Source of the DNA: Microthyrium microscopicum
Taxonomy: Eukaryota
Direction of reading: 5' to 3'
Assembly: GCA_010405405.1 (NCBI GenBank)
Contig: MU004234.1
Span: forward strand, 1,267,275 to 1,331,274
DNA: 64,000 nucleotides
Position numbers and translations under genes: made by a program
Notes under the pieces: model-generated
Told to the model about the DNA's origin: nothing
Seen by the model: the letters and a program-made list of their open reading frames with translations, nothing else
The model's database searches: none
Shown here: one piece after another, positions 1 to 12,571 of the stretch
How the letters are laid out: every line of letters starts with the position of its first letter
Numbering within the stretch: the stretch's first letter is position 1

Positions 1-1116
1 GAGCGAGCTGTAACACAACCTTCGGCATCAAAGTACTCGTCTTCTTCCTCGTCCCAGTACTCTTCGAGCTCCGTTATGGCTGATGGTACGAGAGCTTGTT
101 CATCTAGTGCAGGAGGAATAGAGTGGCGGACTTGAGACTCCAGCGCGGGGAGATAGAGCTCTGGTTCAATATTTTGATCCAGATAGAGTGGTTCGATGGG
201 TGCAAAGTATTCGAGGGGTGGTAGTATACTCGCAACTGATGATGTGATTGACGAAATCAACGGCTGTAATGTTGATTCCGTCTTTTCGGACTTTATGAGT
301 GCGGAAGAGAGGGACGGCTCTACCGTCAGGAGTGGGGCTGGTAAGTTATGTGCAATTGATAATGGCTCAATGTCTTCAGGCTGAGAGGCTTCTGAGGTCG
401 GAAGGTTGGCAGGAGATGCTTGTTGAATGTCCTCGGTCACGACTGCCTTTGTTTCATGGCTTGACACTGCAGGTGCAGCTGTTGAGCCTATCGATGTCTC
501 TCTGAATATAGTTGTATGGCGTTTGATCAGGGTTTTTCGCACTGGCGCAACATCGGTAGTTATGTGGTTTTGAGGCGCGGCCACGATATTGCTATTCACT
601 GGCGCAGCTGGTAACGCCTTGTGAATGTTTGCCCCAAGTGGCTTTTGCGCTGGTCTAAGGAGTGTTTTAACCTTTGTGTTGATATCGACGCTCTCCAAAG
701 GCTTCAAAGCAAGAGCTTCCTTCTGAGTTGTACGAATTGGCTTGACGTCTAAGAGTGTCTTCTTGGCTTTGCCATTGAGATCTCCTTGACCATTTGCAAC
801 ATTGTGAGTATTGGAGACATCGGCGAAGGCGGCACGTCGAGCAGGGTTGGTCGATAGAGCGTTGGAGGATACTAGACTAGACAAGGCTGGAGTAGACTTG
901 TTGCGCTGGTGTAGAGTCTTATTCTTTTGGCTTGGGAGGTTAACAGCGTTCTCGTCGCGTTGAACGGCAAAGCCGCGCAGTCTGAAAGGCTAGACAGGTC
1001 AGCAATTAGATCAATAATAAACGCGCCGGAAGCAAAGAAGGAATTTCAACACTCGAAAAACTGTCGATAGTCTTGTTTGCCAAGAGCAGCGAGAATAAAC
1101 ATACTCTAGAGTCCAT
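1..1116 (-). CDS. B-type (G2/mitotic) cyclin, Clb3-like; N-terminal part only, continues past the window start
   Basis: ATG at 1116 (MDSR), GT-AG intron 1104-990, then an open frame PFRLRGFAVQRDENA...HQRNKSTPAL...RRAAFADVSN (destruction-box-like)...EEYWDEEEDEYFDAEGCVTARS, typical of Pezizomycotina Clb3-type cyclin N-termini. The cyclin box lies outside the window. Confidence 0.8.
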
Positions 1117-1492
1117 TGTTTGTATCGGAAGAAGTTCAGGCAATGTTGATTCGGAGATCCTAGAAAAGGGTTTCCAAGAGGAAAGGGCGCGAATGAAGCC
1201 CAATGGATCGTGCTGGCGTTCAGCGAGGCAAGACTCTAGATCCAGCTTGACGCAAGATGTTTTTGAAAGCTTCAGAGCTTTGCAGAGCTAGGCTGGCGGC
1301 GCGTGATAGCAAGGCAGCGATGAGGCACGATCAGATTGATTTGGAGGATGGAGATGCAGCTAAATGATGCAAAAGCATGTTCGATTGCTCACAGAGCTAA
1401 GAAGTTGGGAGCGGGTGGAGAGAGAAGTTGTTGGTGCAAAGATGCAAAGGAGCTGTTGTTTGTTTTGTCCCGAGAGCATTGAAGATGTTGAC

Positions 1493-2887
1493 TGTTTACT
1501 CTCACCCCAGGAGCCAACCAGCAGCCTCAAAGGTTTCACGAGGTGACTTTGTCAGCAGCTAGTCACTTTTGAGGCTCACGCTCGAGCCTATGATTGACCT
1601 AGTCGCTCAACGCTAGGACTTAAACAGTATCTTACCATACCGCCAGTCGTTGCTGCTCTCTGATCCACTGGGAATGTAACATTTCAACACTATTACCTCT
1701 TTCTGCACCTCTTCATACTGTTTACTATTATCTCTTCAAGCTTTCATTTGTTTGTCGCACACTACCCGCCTGAACTGCGATCGATACCACAGCTAGAAAT
1801 CGCGAAACTGGTTCCTCACCGAAGACTTTTCTGTCGCGGTCGCGTTGTTTAAGACGCGCTAGTCCAGCCTGATTCAGCGCCACTATTTCTATCCACGCTT
1901 TTGAGCCAACTGCTACTGCCGACTCACGAACTTCTTGTTCTTTCCCCAGTCAAGACTCAAGGGCCTGCTGCGCTGTCAATCGTCAAACCCAATCACTCAT
2001 GTCCCGAACACGGGGAATATCACATCCCAATGAATTCCAGCTGAATTATCTTTGCTAGTACTTCTTTGCGCAAGTTGCGACAATGGGCTCTTGAAGTTTG
2101 AACGTTGATCCGTGTTGCTTCTCGCATTGCAACCCGGCAGAACCGGAAGCACTATTGACTCGTTATCGCTCACTGTAGCGGTTGATGTGCTCTGACCAAG
2201 ACTGACTTGCTTGAAAATACGCAGGACCGTGTCTGTTTTCACCAATTTGATATTTGAAAGAGCGATGCGCTCAAACCACATGCTTGTTTCATATTGAATT
2301 GAAAGCAGTTACGTCGCGTGGTTGCTTGCAGCTGTGTAGAACTTATTCCTCCGGTTACTTCTTTTACAGATTAGCGATATCTTGCATATCTCATGAAACG
2401 ATCATTGACAACCACCAATTTATTGTTCATCTACTAGGAACCTGCAAAATCTTACGAGTCCCGATTTGTGCTGACAAGCGGAGAATATGGAAGACTCCAC
2501 AGTCCAGAGCCACGTGCAATGTGCTGCGGCCAACAAGTCAACAACTCAATTTATCACAATGATTCAGTACTCGGCATGGAATGGAAAATACCTATTTCAT
2601 CCCTACTCATGCGATGCGACGGCGCCAAATAAGATAGGTAATATATCAAGTCCAGAGTCCAACCAACCCAATCGGGGGGTTTGTTGATAGCCTGATCATG
2701 ATGTTTGTTTACAGGTGAAGGTGTTGGGCCAATCGGCAGCCTGCAAGGAGGTCCATACGTCATAATCAGGGCTAAAAAGTTCTTAACGCGTCTTCAAAAC
2801 CAATGGATAAATGAACTTCTCCGTCGTAACATCAACAACTTGTCAAATAAATTCGCGAAAACCAAATCATAACATTTGGTGTAAACA
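1493..2887. promoter_or_regulatory. Candidate cell-cycle elements upstream of the cyclin gene (forkhead and MCB/SCB-like motifs)
   Basis: TGTTTAC/GTAAACA at 1493, 1719, 2706 and 2881; CGCGAAA at 1801 and 2854; ACGCGT at 2786. Motif matches only. Confidence 0.35.
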
Positions 2888-5698
2888 TGCGACTCTGACC
2901 CCCTATTTATTTCACCTCAATTCGCCTTGTTGAGGTGTATTCGAGAATAGGTGATAAAGAGACGCGAGCGTGGCAAAAACGTCGCGGTTTGACACGAAGT
3001 CACATGACTATCTTTGTTAATTGAAGATTGAATCTCAATGTTGTATGTATCTCTTTGCGCAACCATAATCTGTCTCCGCATTCTGATATATATGCGCCAT
3101 TTCAATACTTGTCTTGATGGTCAATTATCTTGCAACAGCTGTTATATTTCGAGGGTTGAGGGGTTTGCGTTGCCTGTCGACCAATGAATAATCCAACGAC
3201 AAGGCGGGTCCGAAACACACTATGGACGACGCAAGGCACTTTCAACCACTATCTGACAATCGTTTGAAGCCATTGCCAAAACTTTGCGCCGTGATATCTA
3301 CGGGCCCATCGATTTATTTTAACTCAAATCCGTCCTGTTCTTTGTGCCTGGGAATGGAGGGGACCAACCATATCTGCGCCGAGAGTGTGGTTGGTTCCAA
3401 CTAAAATGCTTCCACACTGGTCAATGTTCTGGCCCTCGGATTACCAAACTTACATATCCGGGCCCTGATCGACTGGACGTAGCAGATTGTTAAATGGCTG
3501 CTGCGAACTCGACATTGTTTTGACAGCAAACATTGCACAAGTGGACCATATTCCTGGTCGCATTGGACTTGGCCGTCCCATCCCATCACGATTGGAGGGC
3601 GAATAAGCGGTTCGTTGGGTTTTCTTCACCGCATAACCTCGTCCGATTACGGTGGTGGTTTTGAGGGTGTGTGCCAGCCAGCAGTTGCAAAAGGGTAAAT
3701 ATCTGCACATCATCGTGGGTAGCTGCAGTTGTTCTTATCGTCCTACTTTGTCCAGGGCCTATGTTAAAGTTGCCAGTTCTGATTGCGCTAGACTTCAAAT
3801 GTTGGTACGCAGCCATCGTGATTCTTGCTTTGCGCCATTCTGATTTATTAGCATTGCTTCCACCCCTCACAGCTGACGTCGGTTTCAATATCGTCGGCCT
3901 ACGCCAGGCCTACCCAGCACTCCAGACCCAGCAAATGAAGCCTGATGATCCTCCCAACAAAAACCCTGACTGCTGTCCGCGGAAACCGCGCTGCCAGGGT
4001 GGTTTATTGTATCTAAAGCTTAGTCTTCCCAACATGGTGTGACGGGTTCTCTCTTCCTGCCGGAGTGAAGAAAATGTTGCAGAGACTACGGCTCGATCCG
4101 CGAGCAATGGGAAGCGCAGTTCCTGCAAGACCTGCATGTGGCCAACAGGCCCATGAATTATCAAAGGGCTAAGAATCCCAAAAACCATGGTTCGTTTGCG
4201 CTTCCTTTCAAGCGATTATGCAGCGCTTTTGGACCATACTCTACCAAATGGCAAAGCAAGGTAGCTTGAACCTTTTGATAACCTGCCAAATAATGCGCGG
4301 GCCGAGCGTTTTCACCTTTGTAAGACGGTGCTATGATGCTTTACGACGATTGGGCCGCTTCAAAGTGCAAGCATCGGCGTGGTGGTGGTTCTCCACTCAC
4401 GGCGCTCCACAAGCCAGTCCCATGCAATCCTGACTGCTGCTCGCAGCCGCTGCGCAAGAGATTGGAAACGAGACCATTTCCAGCGCAAGCTATCTCTGTA
4501 TTTTTAATGGCAGAGATAGAAGCGATCCCAATGATTATAGACTAGCTCTTTGTGGGCTTTGCGCTCCATCTTTGCGCTCGGGATTGACGACGGCGCGGTA
4601 CGGTTATGTGTTGGCAGTTAAAGGCGCACTGACATCGAGTGGGCGGTATCTGCGACAGACTGCCACACGGGGTCTTGTTACAGAACACTTTTCTTCACCA
4701 CCAGTAGACATTTTTAACAGGCGCAAGCGGTGGGATGGTTGATGGAAGAATAGACAAGGCCTTTTACCGGTTTTGCAGAATTGGTTGTATGTATTCATCC
4801 TTCATTTGGTGATGCGCCAAGGGGGTGGATGGACTCGAAAGCTGGCTTTATATAGCAAAGAACTGGAACATAAAATACAACTTTTTACAAAATACCAAAC
4901 TTCGAATGAAAGAATAGGACTAAATAAACATATTCTGCACTTGGGGTTGTCTTGTTTGGTTGTAAGTGGGCTGGTGAAGCACGTTGACGGGATCTGGCTG
5001 GGTCGTCCATCAACTCCGCTCTCTGCCATCTTCACCCTCCTTCTCTTCTTCCAGTCCACACACTCAACATCAACACCGTCAAATTCTTCCTTGTTTGGCC
5101 GGTAAGCTCATTCAAACTCTTCTCAATCCATCCACTTGCACTTTTATTCATTGCCTTCACTTCCTGCACCCTATCGGCCGCTATCCGTTGCGTCGAAATC
5201 AAAGCACGCACATCGCCCGTCAAGGAGGCCACACTTCCATCAAAGGTCCATCAAGGCCTTCATTGGTATGTGATTCCCTTTATCAGAGCCCAGCGACTCT
5301 GTCCATTTCATCTACAACCTCTCTGAAGCCCTTTGCGTGGACAAATTGGGACACCAATCAGTGCCGCTGGGCGACCTTCCAGTCCTGACCAAGTGTCGCA
5401 CTCACTCCACAATCGGCATTACTGCCCAGTCCCATGTTTAATCGGCATCAACCATCATTTCGAGCGATAGAATATACCATATACTAACTGTTATATCCTA
5501 GAAATACCTTGAAGGCTACTTCCCCCTCCCTACAAAGTCCTGCCATCATCGCCGTGCTTGGCATCAGGGCGGCGTGATCGGTTGCTTCGGCTCGACCAAA
5601 TCCCATTTCGGCCTCCGAAAAGGCTCAATATCTCTCGTAACTCGAAAGCATTCGAATCGTACATCCATACATACTGTCCAAGCAGCTCAAAGGCTGTG

Positions 5699-7683
5699 AT
5701 GGAACTCTCCCGTCTGCTCTCTGCTGAGGCGCCCAAAGAGCCAATTAGGGAGCTGACGATGATCGACGCCCCAATGTCGCACATGCGTACTACGCAAAGC
5801 CCAGTTGGTAAGTCCTCAACCACTTCTACTACTACTGTTGTCATGTTCATGTATAACTAACACCTTACTAGTCTCTCAAACAATGTCTCATACTCACACT
5901 CCCACCGCGAACCCCAACTCGCCCTCGAAGTTTGTCATCTTCAACCTCCTCCTTCAAGATGAGCTACAGAACCGTGTATTGGCCGGTCGCTTGCCTATGC
6001 GAGTGAATATACAGACTCATGATAGTACCGAGTCCATCATCACTACCGCCAAAAACTTTTGGGGTCTCTACGATAGCAGTAGCCTTGTTTTCGAGGACAA
6101 AAGCGGTAATACCATGATTGCTCGCTATGAGAACTTTGAAGACAACATGACTGTCTATGTTCGAAGCGTTGGCGATGTCAACGGTCAATCTGCCACTCCT
6201 CCTATCACCAACTCTCCTCGTCGTCCTCGTCTGCAGGCACCTTTTGACCCACAGTCATTTCACTCCAATGGCCATAGTATCTCGAGGCCATCGTCGCGTA
6301 CAGCCAAGAAGCGTAGCACGTCTCCACAGAGCATCGCAGGCCATCGTAGTAACTCGGTTAGCACCGTCAAATCACGACAGAAGAAGAGTCGCATGGGTAG
6401 TGTCCAGGGCGACGGCGAATACGACAGTGATAGCGACGGCGGTAATGCCTCGATTACTAGCTCTCGCCGAGGCAAAATCGACGTTGTTGCCAGTGCAGAG
6501 ATTAGCGTTGACAACATCGTGGAAGGTGGCCGAAGAAAACGTGCTCGTTTCGACAGTTCGGTAAGTCGCTCCTTCCATCTCAACATTGACTCGACTAATA
6601 TTTCTCTAGGAACTTCCTCTCTTCGTTCCTTCCCAAGTACCAATGACCACCTCAATCTCTTCAGTATCACCACAACGTCGTACTGGTCCTCCAGGTGCAG
6701 CTGCATCTCCCTTCCAGCCCTCGAATCAACAGACATTCTCGTATAGTCTTGTTCCATCCCCACAAAGCTTCAGCCATCCAGACTCTGGATACCGTACTGC
6801 CACCTACTCCACGAGCGGCAGCAATTACAATTCTGGTGGGAATGGGAACCGACGCTACATTGGTCACCGACAGTCAATTAGTGGACCGGCTGGCGGCATC
6901 TTCCCTACTCCAGATCCCACAGTTGGCAGTGTCATTAGTGATGAAGATGTTGCACTTCAACTTATGAGATTGGGAGATGCCAACTATTCAACTCATGGTC
7001 GTACCTCGACATCTACACTTGATGATGGCTTCAGTGGCAAGGCTGACGCAAGCTCTGCTGAAGAGTCTGATGATGGTAATGGTCCTGACGGAGAGCTTCC
7101 TGAAGGCCATTTCCACTCTGATGAGAGCGAGGACGACTATGAAGACCGAGGCGACGGCTCATTCAAGGGTGAGAGTGATGGACTTCTCCCAGAAGATTAC
7201 CTCAAGCTCAAGAAGTCAAAATCTGGCAAACACAAGGTGGGAAAGTGGAAGGTGTCCAAGTCTGGCACTCAGCCATTATCTCCTTCTGCCATGGCTATGC
7301 CTGGTCAGCTCCAGCGCAAGAACTCTGCGTCAAGCCTCAGCTTCCAGCATTTCCAACAACCACTTGGCGAGGACGAGGAGGATCTCTCTACCAAACCTCG
7401 TTGCCAGCGCTGCCGCAAGAGCAAGAAGGGCTGCGATCGCCAGCGTCCTTGTGGTCGCTGCCGCGATGCTGGCATTGGTGCCGATGGCTGTGTCTCCGAA
7501 GATGAGGGCAATGGGCGTAAGGGCCGTTATGGCCGTCATATGGGCGTGCCTGTCAAGAAGGGCGCGGATGATACTCCTTATGCCTCCATTGAAGCTGCTT
7601 CACCACAAACCATTATGAGCGCTCCGTTGAGCATGGCTCCACCACCACCAATTGGCGACAAAAGCAAGAAGCGCAAGCGGTAG
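5699..7683 (+). CDS. Zn(II)2Cys6 transcription factor with a C-terminal binuclear cluster
   Basis: Exons 5699-5807, 5872-6560 and 6611-7683 join in frame. CQRCRKSKKGCDRQRPCGRCRDAGIGADGC lies near the C-terminus, followed by terminal KSKKRKR (NLS-like). Probable 5'UTR intron(s) between about 5102/5266 and 5501. Confidence 0.85.
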
Positions 7684-8934
7684 TGGATCTCTTGAACTCT
7701 GTTGTCGTAGTTTATCTACACCTCGTTACGCTACGTCAACTCGGTTCTTCCAACCATCCTCTTCCGACCTCCTCATACACCACATATTACACTTTGCTAA
7801 GGCAACACAAACGACGCGATCGCCTCTACCAGCCTATATCGCACAACAGTTTCCCCAGTTTTTTTTTGGCTTGTCGACGATTGCGTTCCCGCAACGTCCA
7901 ATCTCGTTATCTCCAGGCCCATAATGTCCAACCCACGACTTTCCTTTATTACTTGGCCTTTTGCTTTACTGCTTTTTTCCTCCGCCTTTCCTCCAATTGC
8001 TGCGGCGAATCATCGAATTATCGGAATTACTCGAGTATCGGCGTCATTAGGAGTTCACCACTTGCTGGATAACTATGCTGCTTTTTGCTTTACAGAATTT
8101 GCTATTGCGATACCTTTTCGAATCCAAATTGCAAACATTGATCTGCTTCTGATCACACAATGGTGGGACTATCTATCGGCATCGATCCATTTCGGGACTG
8201 CTCACACACTTCCCTTGTTTGTTTTGGGCCTTGTCTCAACAACGAAAGATCGTCATATGCTGAGAAAATTATACAAATACGCTTTGTATTGAGAGAATTG
8301 TTTAAGGACCAAAAACATTATATTTAGCTGATCCGGGAAAAACACTCGTATGGAATGGTGGCCTGGATGCTGGGAGTTTTTAGGGGATAGATTGGCAATG
8401 GTATGGTCAATCGAGGCAGTGATTGTGATTGTTTTTGGTTCTAATGTTGATTGAGGCTCAATGTTACTTATGATATCTTGCTCTTGTGTCCTCTGGCTTG
8501 TTTGTGATTCTTTGCGCCGACTTGATACGCTTGTGCTTTAGGTTACGCTTTTCTATGATTATCGAACTGGACGTACGGCGCTGACCGGGCGTAGTTGACG
8601 CAAGGGGTACATCTACCGTAGCTATTTGAAGTAAATCGCAATTATTCTTTACGCTTGCGATTCGTGAAACAGACTTTGGCTGCTATGCTGGTACTAGACT
8701 AATAGTATATGCCACAATCGTCATACATTCGTGATCTATCGCAATGACCAGCCTGGCCTCGCCAGCCATCCACCAGTTGCGACTAAACTCTCAAGATTCT
8801 CTATGCCTCCTCTCTCCTGTACTTCCTGATGGCTATGTACCCTCGACTAGACTCGACATCCTCGTCCATCTTCAAGTCATCACGATCCGTCCGCACCCGC
8901 CGCACCAACCCGCCATCATCTTCTCGATCCTCAA

Positions 8935-8957
8935 CCTTCCTTCCTTCCTTCCTTCCT
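8935..8957. repeat. (CCTT)n microsatellite
   Basis: ccttccttccttccttccttcc is directly visible. Confidence 0.7.
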
Positions 8958-9752
8958 CCCACGCATCTTCACCACTCCATCTTCACCATCTCCACACCTT
9001 ACCGCCCCTCAGATCCTTAATCCCACCGCGCCATTCCCACCGAGCCACTTAATCATCGGCCACCGAAGACGTCCGAAGAGCGGCTAAAGCACGAGCCCGT
9101 TCGCGATCACCCACCTGTCGTCAAAAATAACTCCGGGCGCGCCCGCGTCTGTCGTCTCGCTGATTGGTTGCGCAGGCGGCTCGCAAGGATCAGACAGGGA
9201 ACTGGGCGCACGCAATTGATGTTGCAGGGCTAGAACAGGGATGATCGCTGTGTCTGGCGCGTTGGCCGCGTGGGCGGCTCCCTGCGGTTCCTTTGCGGCT
9301 ACCGGCTAGCGCGCGTGGGGCTGAGATTGTGGGGAAGTGACATGGGTGTGTAATTTGTGGTGGTTCGCGAACGCTTTTGATGCGTTGAGAAGATAGAGAG
9401 TTTTTGGGAGTATTCTGATATATCTCAAGGGTATTGGTCTTTGATTGTAGATTGTGGATGATGGTGTGGTCTTTTGGATGGTTTTGTATTTTGGAACTCG
9501 GGGGGCATGTTGTCGCAGCATTCTTATGAGGTATGAACATGGGCAGTTCCTGGGTGTCGGGATAAGTTCATCGGGTGCGAGACTATGGAATAGGATGGGC
9601 TTAATAATTTTTCTGTTTAACAAGCATCGCGGCAAATATCGAGGCGGATGGGAAGATATATCCAGACGACTTGCTTAGTTTGGCGCCAGAGAAGCTACGT
9701 CTTAGTTACAATTTGCTCCGATTTCGAATCTCTATCATCTGCGTCGATTTGG

Positions 9753-11921
9753 CTATACCACTTTCAAAGTCCTTGCAGATGGGATCCAGTCTGCAGGCGG
9801 CTTGAACTTCGCTACACCTACCACAGTGCAGTCATCGTCTCGCTCTTGTAAAATGAGGAAGAAAGATCGCAACGAGTCGTGGAATAACTCCACGGCAGTC
9901 AATTCACAAGGAAGAGTCCTGCCGCCTTTGATATCAGATGACGTCCATTCCTCATAGAAGTGTACACGTGGAGAACGAGTTTTCGCATGTTCTTTCGAGC
10001 ACTCGACTTCCAGTGAGCAATTACAGCACAAAGGGATCATCTGTTTCCAAATCTGTACTTTGATCCTGAACGTATTTCGTGCCTGCATATATAAGATTGG
10101 AAACGTCCAACCAAAATGGGGACCTAGTCCTTCTGGTAGTCGTACAATATCGTCCAAGGAGACTTTGCCACGCTGTTCGCTCTCGAGCCAGAATTCCGTA
10201 TAGCAATGCGCGCTATAATTGCAGAAATTGTCTCGCTGCTGTAGCTTGGGAGATGCAGTTCTGGGATTCATTTCGCCAGTCCATCCGGCCCATGACCAGC
10301 TTGGAAAGTGGGTCTCTCTCGTATAGGAACAAGACCGATAGGTTTCGTCTGCTGGGTCGGTCCACAAAAGACCTCGTACGACGCCGGTTGCTGGAGTATC
10401 TCTGCCCCAGCAAGGCTCTTCTCTGGTCCCAGTAATCGGGACCCCGAAAGCGGATGCAGTCTTTGGGATGCCCCAGTTTTTCATAGCGATTGGAATTCCG
10501 CAGATTGTGATATATGGGAATTGTGCAAGGATGCCTCGGAAAGCATTGAGATTATCGGCTGGATAGGATAGAGTCCGGCGCTTGTAGTGATAGAGGTGGT
10601 CGAAGAAACTCCAAAGACCTATTCTTTGTTTCCCAGCAGCACGGAACTCAGTGTCGAAGATATCGGTTTGGAAGTTTGATGTCGTCTGCGTAATGTCTTC
10701 TTTGCCAGTCAATGATCTAATGGTTTCACACTGGCTGGAGTGACCACAATTGAAATAGACTTGGTAGTCGGTGAAGAATAGGCAGCGTTTGGACAGTATG
10801 GCTTCTTGATATGTCCATCCTCTAGTGGCCCATTTCGTTTCGGCGAGCACTATAGGTAGCTGGGGAAGGCTAGAGATTAATGAGACACATCCAAGCTCTG
10901 CTGTAGGCTGTTTCTTCCGTGACTTTCCATTCACTCCGGGTAGACCATAGCTGGCATCATCTCCAGCCGCGGCGACGATTGTTGCTATTGCGCCCTCATA
11001 GATGCTATTCATATTTTGGATCTGGCGATGTTTTTCGTCTGTATTCCACTGGTGTATACAGTACTTGTCCACCCACAAGTATCGTACTTGCAGTTTCAGA
11101 ACAACAACGATGCTGTCTTCAATGACTTGCGCAGTTCTGGGTGGTAGTTTGTTACTCTGCAATTCTGTAGCGTCAACTTCATCCACAGAAGTATCGCCCC
11201 ACACGTAACTGAGTGCGAAATATTCAGATCCTGCTGGAAGATCGACTAATTGACGCGTTTGACAATCGATAAATCTCCATGTTGGTGACAGATCTGGGGG
11301 TTTTGTGGCACTTCCGCACCTGGACCCATGGCCAGTATCACAGTTCGTCAACCAGGATTTGATCTGCTCAAAGTTTGCAGATGATATGTCGATCCTCTGA
11401 ATGGGGCCGTTTTGATACTGTGTCCCGTGTAATCCAATCACGCCTTGTGCAAGACATAGTCTGCGAGAACGTGTTTTTAGATTGGCAGCATTTCCTCTTG
11501 GAACTCCTAAAACGTAGCTAGTGTTTTTGGACGGTTTGATCTGATTTGATAATTGCCTCTGATTACCTTGTGAAATCTTTAGAGCTGTACTGGGAATTGA
11601 CCTGAGATGAAGAGTATGCTTTACTCGTCTCATGTTAGGCTCGGGTTGTTCTCGCTTCCTTGGGCCAACTGCGCTCAATAGTTGACAAAGCTGGCAAGCA
11701 AGATCTCTCTCATAGGTGCTCAAGTGGGACAGGTCACATAGCTTTTGTCCATTGACTTCGTCTGTCAAACTTTCCAAGGCTCTTTCGAGATCCAGCTTTC
11801 TGCAAAAGTCACACAGCTGATCATTTGTATTTGCCTGCGTTGGTGAGGTGACAACGGTAGGAGACATTGCTTCGAACTTCCGTTTCCTCGAAAAGGCGGC
11901 GGCTGTTGAAAGTTTTGACAT
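9753..11921 (-). CDS. HET-domain (heterokaryon incompatibility, PF06985-type) protein, 722 aa, intronless
   Basis: Hallmark HET blocks YFALSYVWG, YLWVDKYCIHQ...QIQNMNSIY and WATRGWTYQE, plus PSWSWAGW downstream. Confidence 0.92.
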   Translation of the reverse strand: MSKLSTAAAFSRKRKFEAMSPTVVTSPTQANTNDQLCDFCRKLDLERALESLTDEVNGQKLCDLSHLSTYERDLACQLCQLLSAVGPRKREQPEPNMRRVKHTLHLRSIPSTALKISQGNQRQLSNQIKPSKNTSYVLGVPRGNAANLKTRSRRLCLAQGVIGLHGTQYQNGPIQRIDISSANFEQIKSWLTNCDTGHGSRCGSATKPPDLSPTWRFIDCQTRQLVDLPAGSEYFALSYVWGDTSVDEVDATELQSNKLPPRTAQVIEDSIVVVLKLQVRYLWVDKYCIHQWNTDEKHRQIQNMNSIYEGAIATIVAAAGDDASYGLPGVNGKSRKKQPTAELGCVSLISSLPQLPIVLAETKWATRGWTYQEAILSKRCLFFTDYQVYFNCGHSSQCETIRSLTGKEDITQTTSNFQTDIFDTEFRAAGKQRIGLWSFFDHLYHYKRRTLSYPADNLNAFRGILAQFPYITICGIPIAMKNWGIPKTASAFGVPITGTREEPCWGRDTPATGVVRGLLWTDPADETYRSCSYTRETHFPSWSWAGWTGEMNPRTASPKLQQRDNFCNYSAHCYTEFWLESEQRGKVSLDDIVRLPEGLGPHFGWTFPILYMQARNTFRIKVQIWKQMIPLCCNCSLEVECSKEHAKTRSPRVHFYEEWTSSDIKGGRTLPCELTAVELFHDSLRSFFLILQERDDDCTVVGVAKFKPPADWIPSARTLKVV

Positions 11922-12571
11922 AACTTGTGATGGACATGTTTCGGTGAATCTAGCCTGTTAGGATTCTAGTAGCAAAGGCACTGCGATGTAATCTACTCAC
12001 CCTTCGCAATGTCGTCTCCTATCATCTCCTTGGCGTGACCTGATGCATTAAGATGCTGGACGTGATCTAATGAAGGTACAAATCCGCCCGCTGGTGACAT
12101 ATCTGGCACATCTATAAAAGGTGGCGATGTATCCGTTTCAGCATCAAGTTGGCCCCCCTTTTCGAGCAAGTTGTACTGCAAACAGGTATTTTCGGTATTA
12201 TTAGCATCATTGCGTGGGAAGGAATTTTACTAAAGTTTAGTAAGGTAGATCTTGAACGAAGGAGCCAGATTTAGATTAAAGATTAACGACTCCAAAATCC
12301 TGGTACCTCTTACCAAACGGGCAGCCCACCCACCTATACCTGCACCTTTTTGCTGCGCCGCCTTTGGGCTTGGCCTACCTAGTCCAATGCTTCTCATATA
12401 TTCCCACGAGGCTGGCCACTGTGGTCTGTCCGATATTCTTCATCTCCTTCTTTTCTATTCTCTAATATTATAATTCCCATAGCCCCACGAGTGCATTCTG
12501 TTCAACCACCTAGCTCGTCTTGCCACTCCACGATACCACAGAATCCCACGAAAACTCGAGACATCTCCGCC

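Noticed and set aside
1997..5105. Many 60-130 aa ORFs between the cyclin and the Zn2Cys6 gene
   Set aside because: They overlap in all frames with no motifs or consistent exon chain; more likely a long divergent promoter/UTR region.
8700..9680. GC-skewed region with short ORFs (e.g. 9190-9540 minus)
   Set aside because: All frames are interrupted and no domain or splice model could be supported.
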